Below are positions 46,090-46,960 of a DNA stretch of 46,960 bases, in pieces. The notes beneath the pieces are model-generated. The model made no database searches, had not been told where the DNA came from, and was given only the letters and a program-made list of their open reading frames with translations. Location: NCBI RefSeq assembly GCF_001194135.2, contig NC_068981.1, positions 72,988,149-73,035,108 on the forward strand. The letters run 5' to 3'. Numbering within the stretch: position 1 is the stretch's first letter; each line of letters begins with the position of its first letter. This DNA is from Octopus bimaculoides (Eukaryota). The position numbers and the translations under genes were made by a program.

Positions 46090-46410
46090 TATTGAGAGAG
46101 AGAACAGTACATGCCATCAATGTGACACTGTGGTAAAATATATGAAGCCCAATATACCCATCATGACTACCCATCTGATAAGGGTACACCGGGCACATGC
46201 ATCACAGCAATATGTGTGCGACTATTATTATTATTATTATTATTAGTGAAAAGTTGGCATGCTGGCAGAATCGTTACTGTGCTGGGTAAAATGCTTAGTG
46301 GCATTTTGTCTGTCTTTACGTCTTGAGTTCAAATTCCACCGAGGTCAACTTTACCTTTCATTCTTTTAGGGTTGATAAAATAAGTACCAGTTGAGTACTG
46401 GGGTCAATGT
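45362..46410. mobile_element. Cluster of four same-family SINEs (two minus, then two plus)
   Basis: Units at about 45362-45580 (-), 45625-45810 (-), 45850-46070 (+) and 46250-46410 (+), each flanked by (AAT)/(ATT) runs. Confidence 0.8.
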
Positions 46411-46884
46411 AACTGTGACAGTTTCAAGACAATCTCAGATCAATTGTAATAGTTTCAAGATACAATCTCTGATCAAATCACTTGCCAGACAAGTATATCT
46501 CTGAAAATTTTAAGATGAAATTTTGCAGGACTAGCTTTATGAGTATAGATAAGCATAACTACAGTTTAGCACCCCACTCCACTCTAACCTGATTTCCTCA
46601 AAACTTTTAATAATGCATATCTTTTAAGATTCTTTCAAAGCTACAGATTAAGATTATGTTGATGAAGTTCAAAATTTTTATTTATTTAGAAAATAAAATG
46701 TATATAACTATTTTTTAACACTTAAGCAAAAGCATGCTTGTGTGATAAGAAGCTTGCTTCCCAATTACATGGTTCTTAATTAAGTCCTACTGCATGGTGC
46801 CTTGGGCATGTGTTTTCTACTATAGCCCAGAACTGACCAAAGCCTTGTGAGTAGTTTTGGTAGATGGAAACTGAGAGAATTATA

Positions 46885-46926
<42 letters not shown>

Positions 46927-46927
46927 C

Positions 46928-46960
<33 letters not shown>

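Overview
AT-rich, repeat-dense draft animal genome sequence with several N gaps. The repeat content and gene style point to an octopus or other coleoid cephalopod (inference). Four genes are visible. (1) The last five coding exons of the lysosomal sulfamidase SGSH on + (1305-12219). (2) The first eight coding exons of DNA ligase 1 (LIG1) on + (15815-32940). They encode only the disordered N-terminal regulatory tail: a PIP box split by intron 1, an NLS-like basic patch, CDK-type sites and an H3K9-mimic TARK motif. An E2F-type site lies just upstream. (3) One isolated ATP synthase subunit s (ATP5S/factor B)-like exon on - (33695-33857), inside a 680-bp contig bounded by gaps. (4) A complete two-exon secreted collagen + C1q-domain gene on - (36457-39699). 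Genes 3 and 4 lie downstream of the last visible LIG1 exon and before any catalytic-core exon, so they appear nested antisense in a LIG1 intron if the scaffold is correct. The rest is SINEs, Tc1/mariner and hAT remnants and MITEs, foldback hairpins and microsatellites. The strongest lead is the histone-mimic (UHRF1-binding type) motif in a non-vertebrate LIG1. I found no evidence for a wholly new multi-gene system. All family assignments and human comparisons come from recalled sequences, not database searches.
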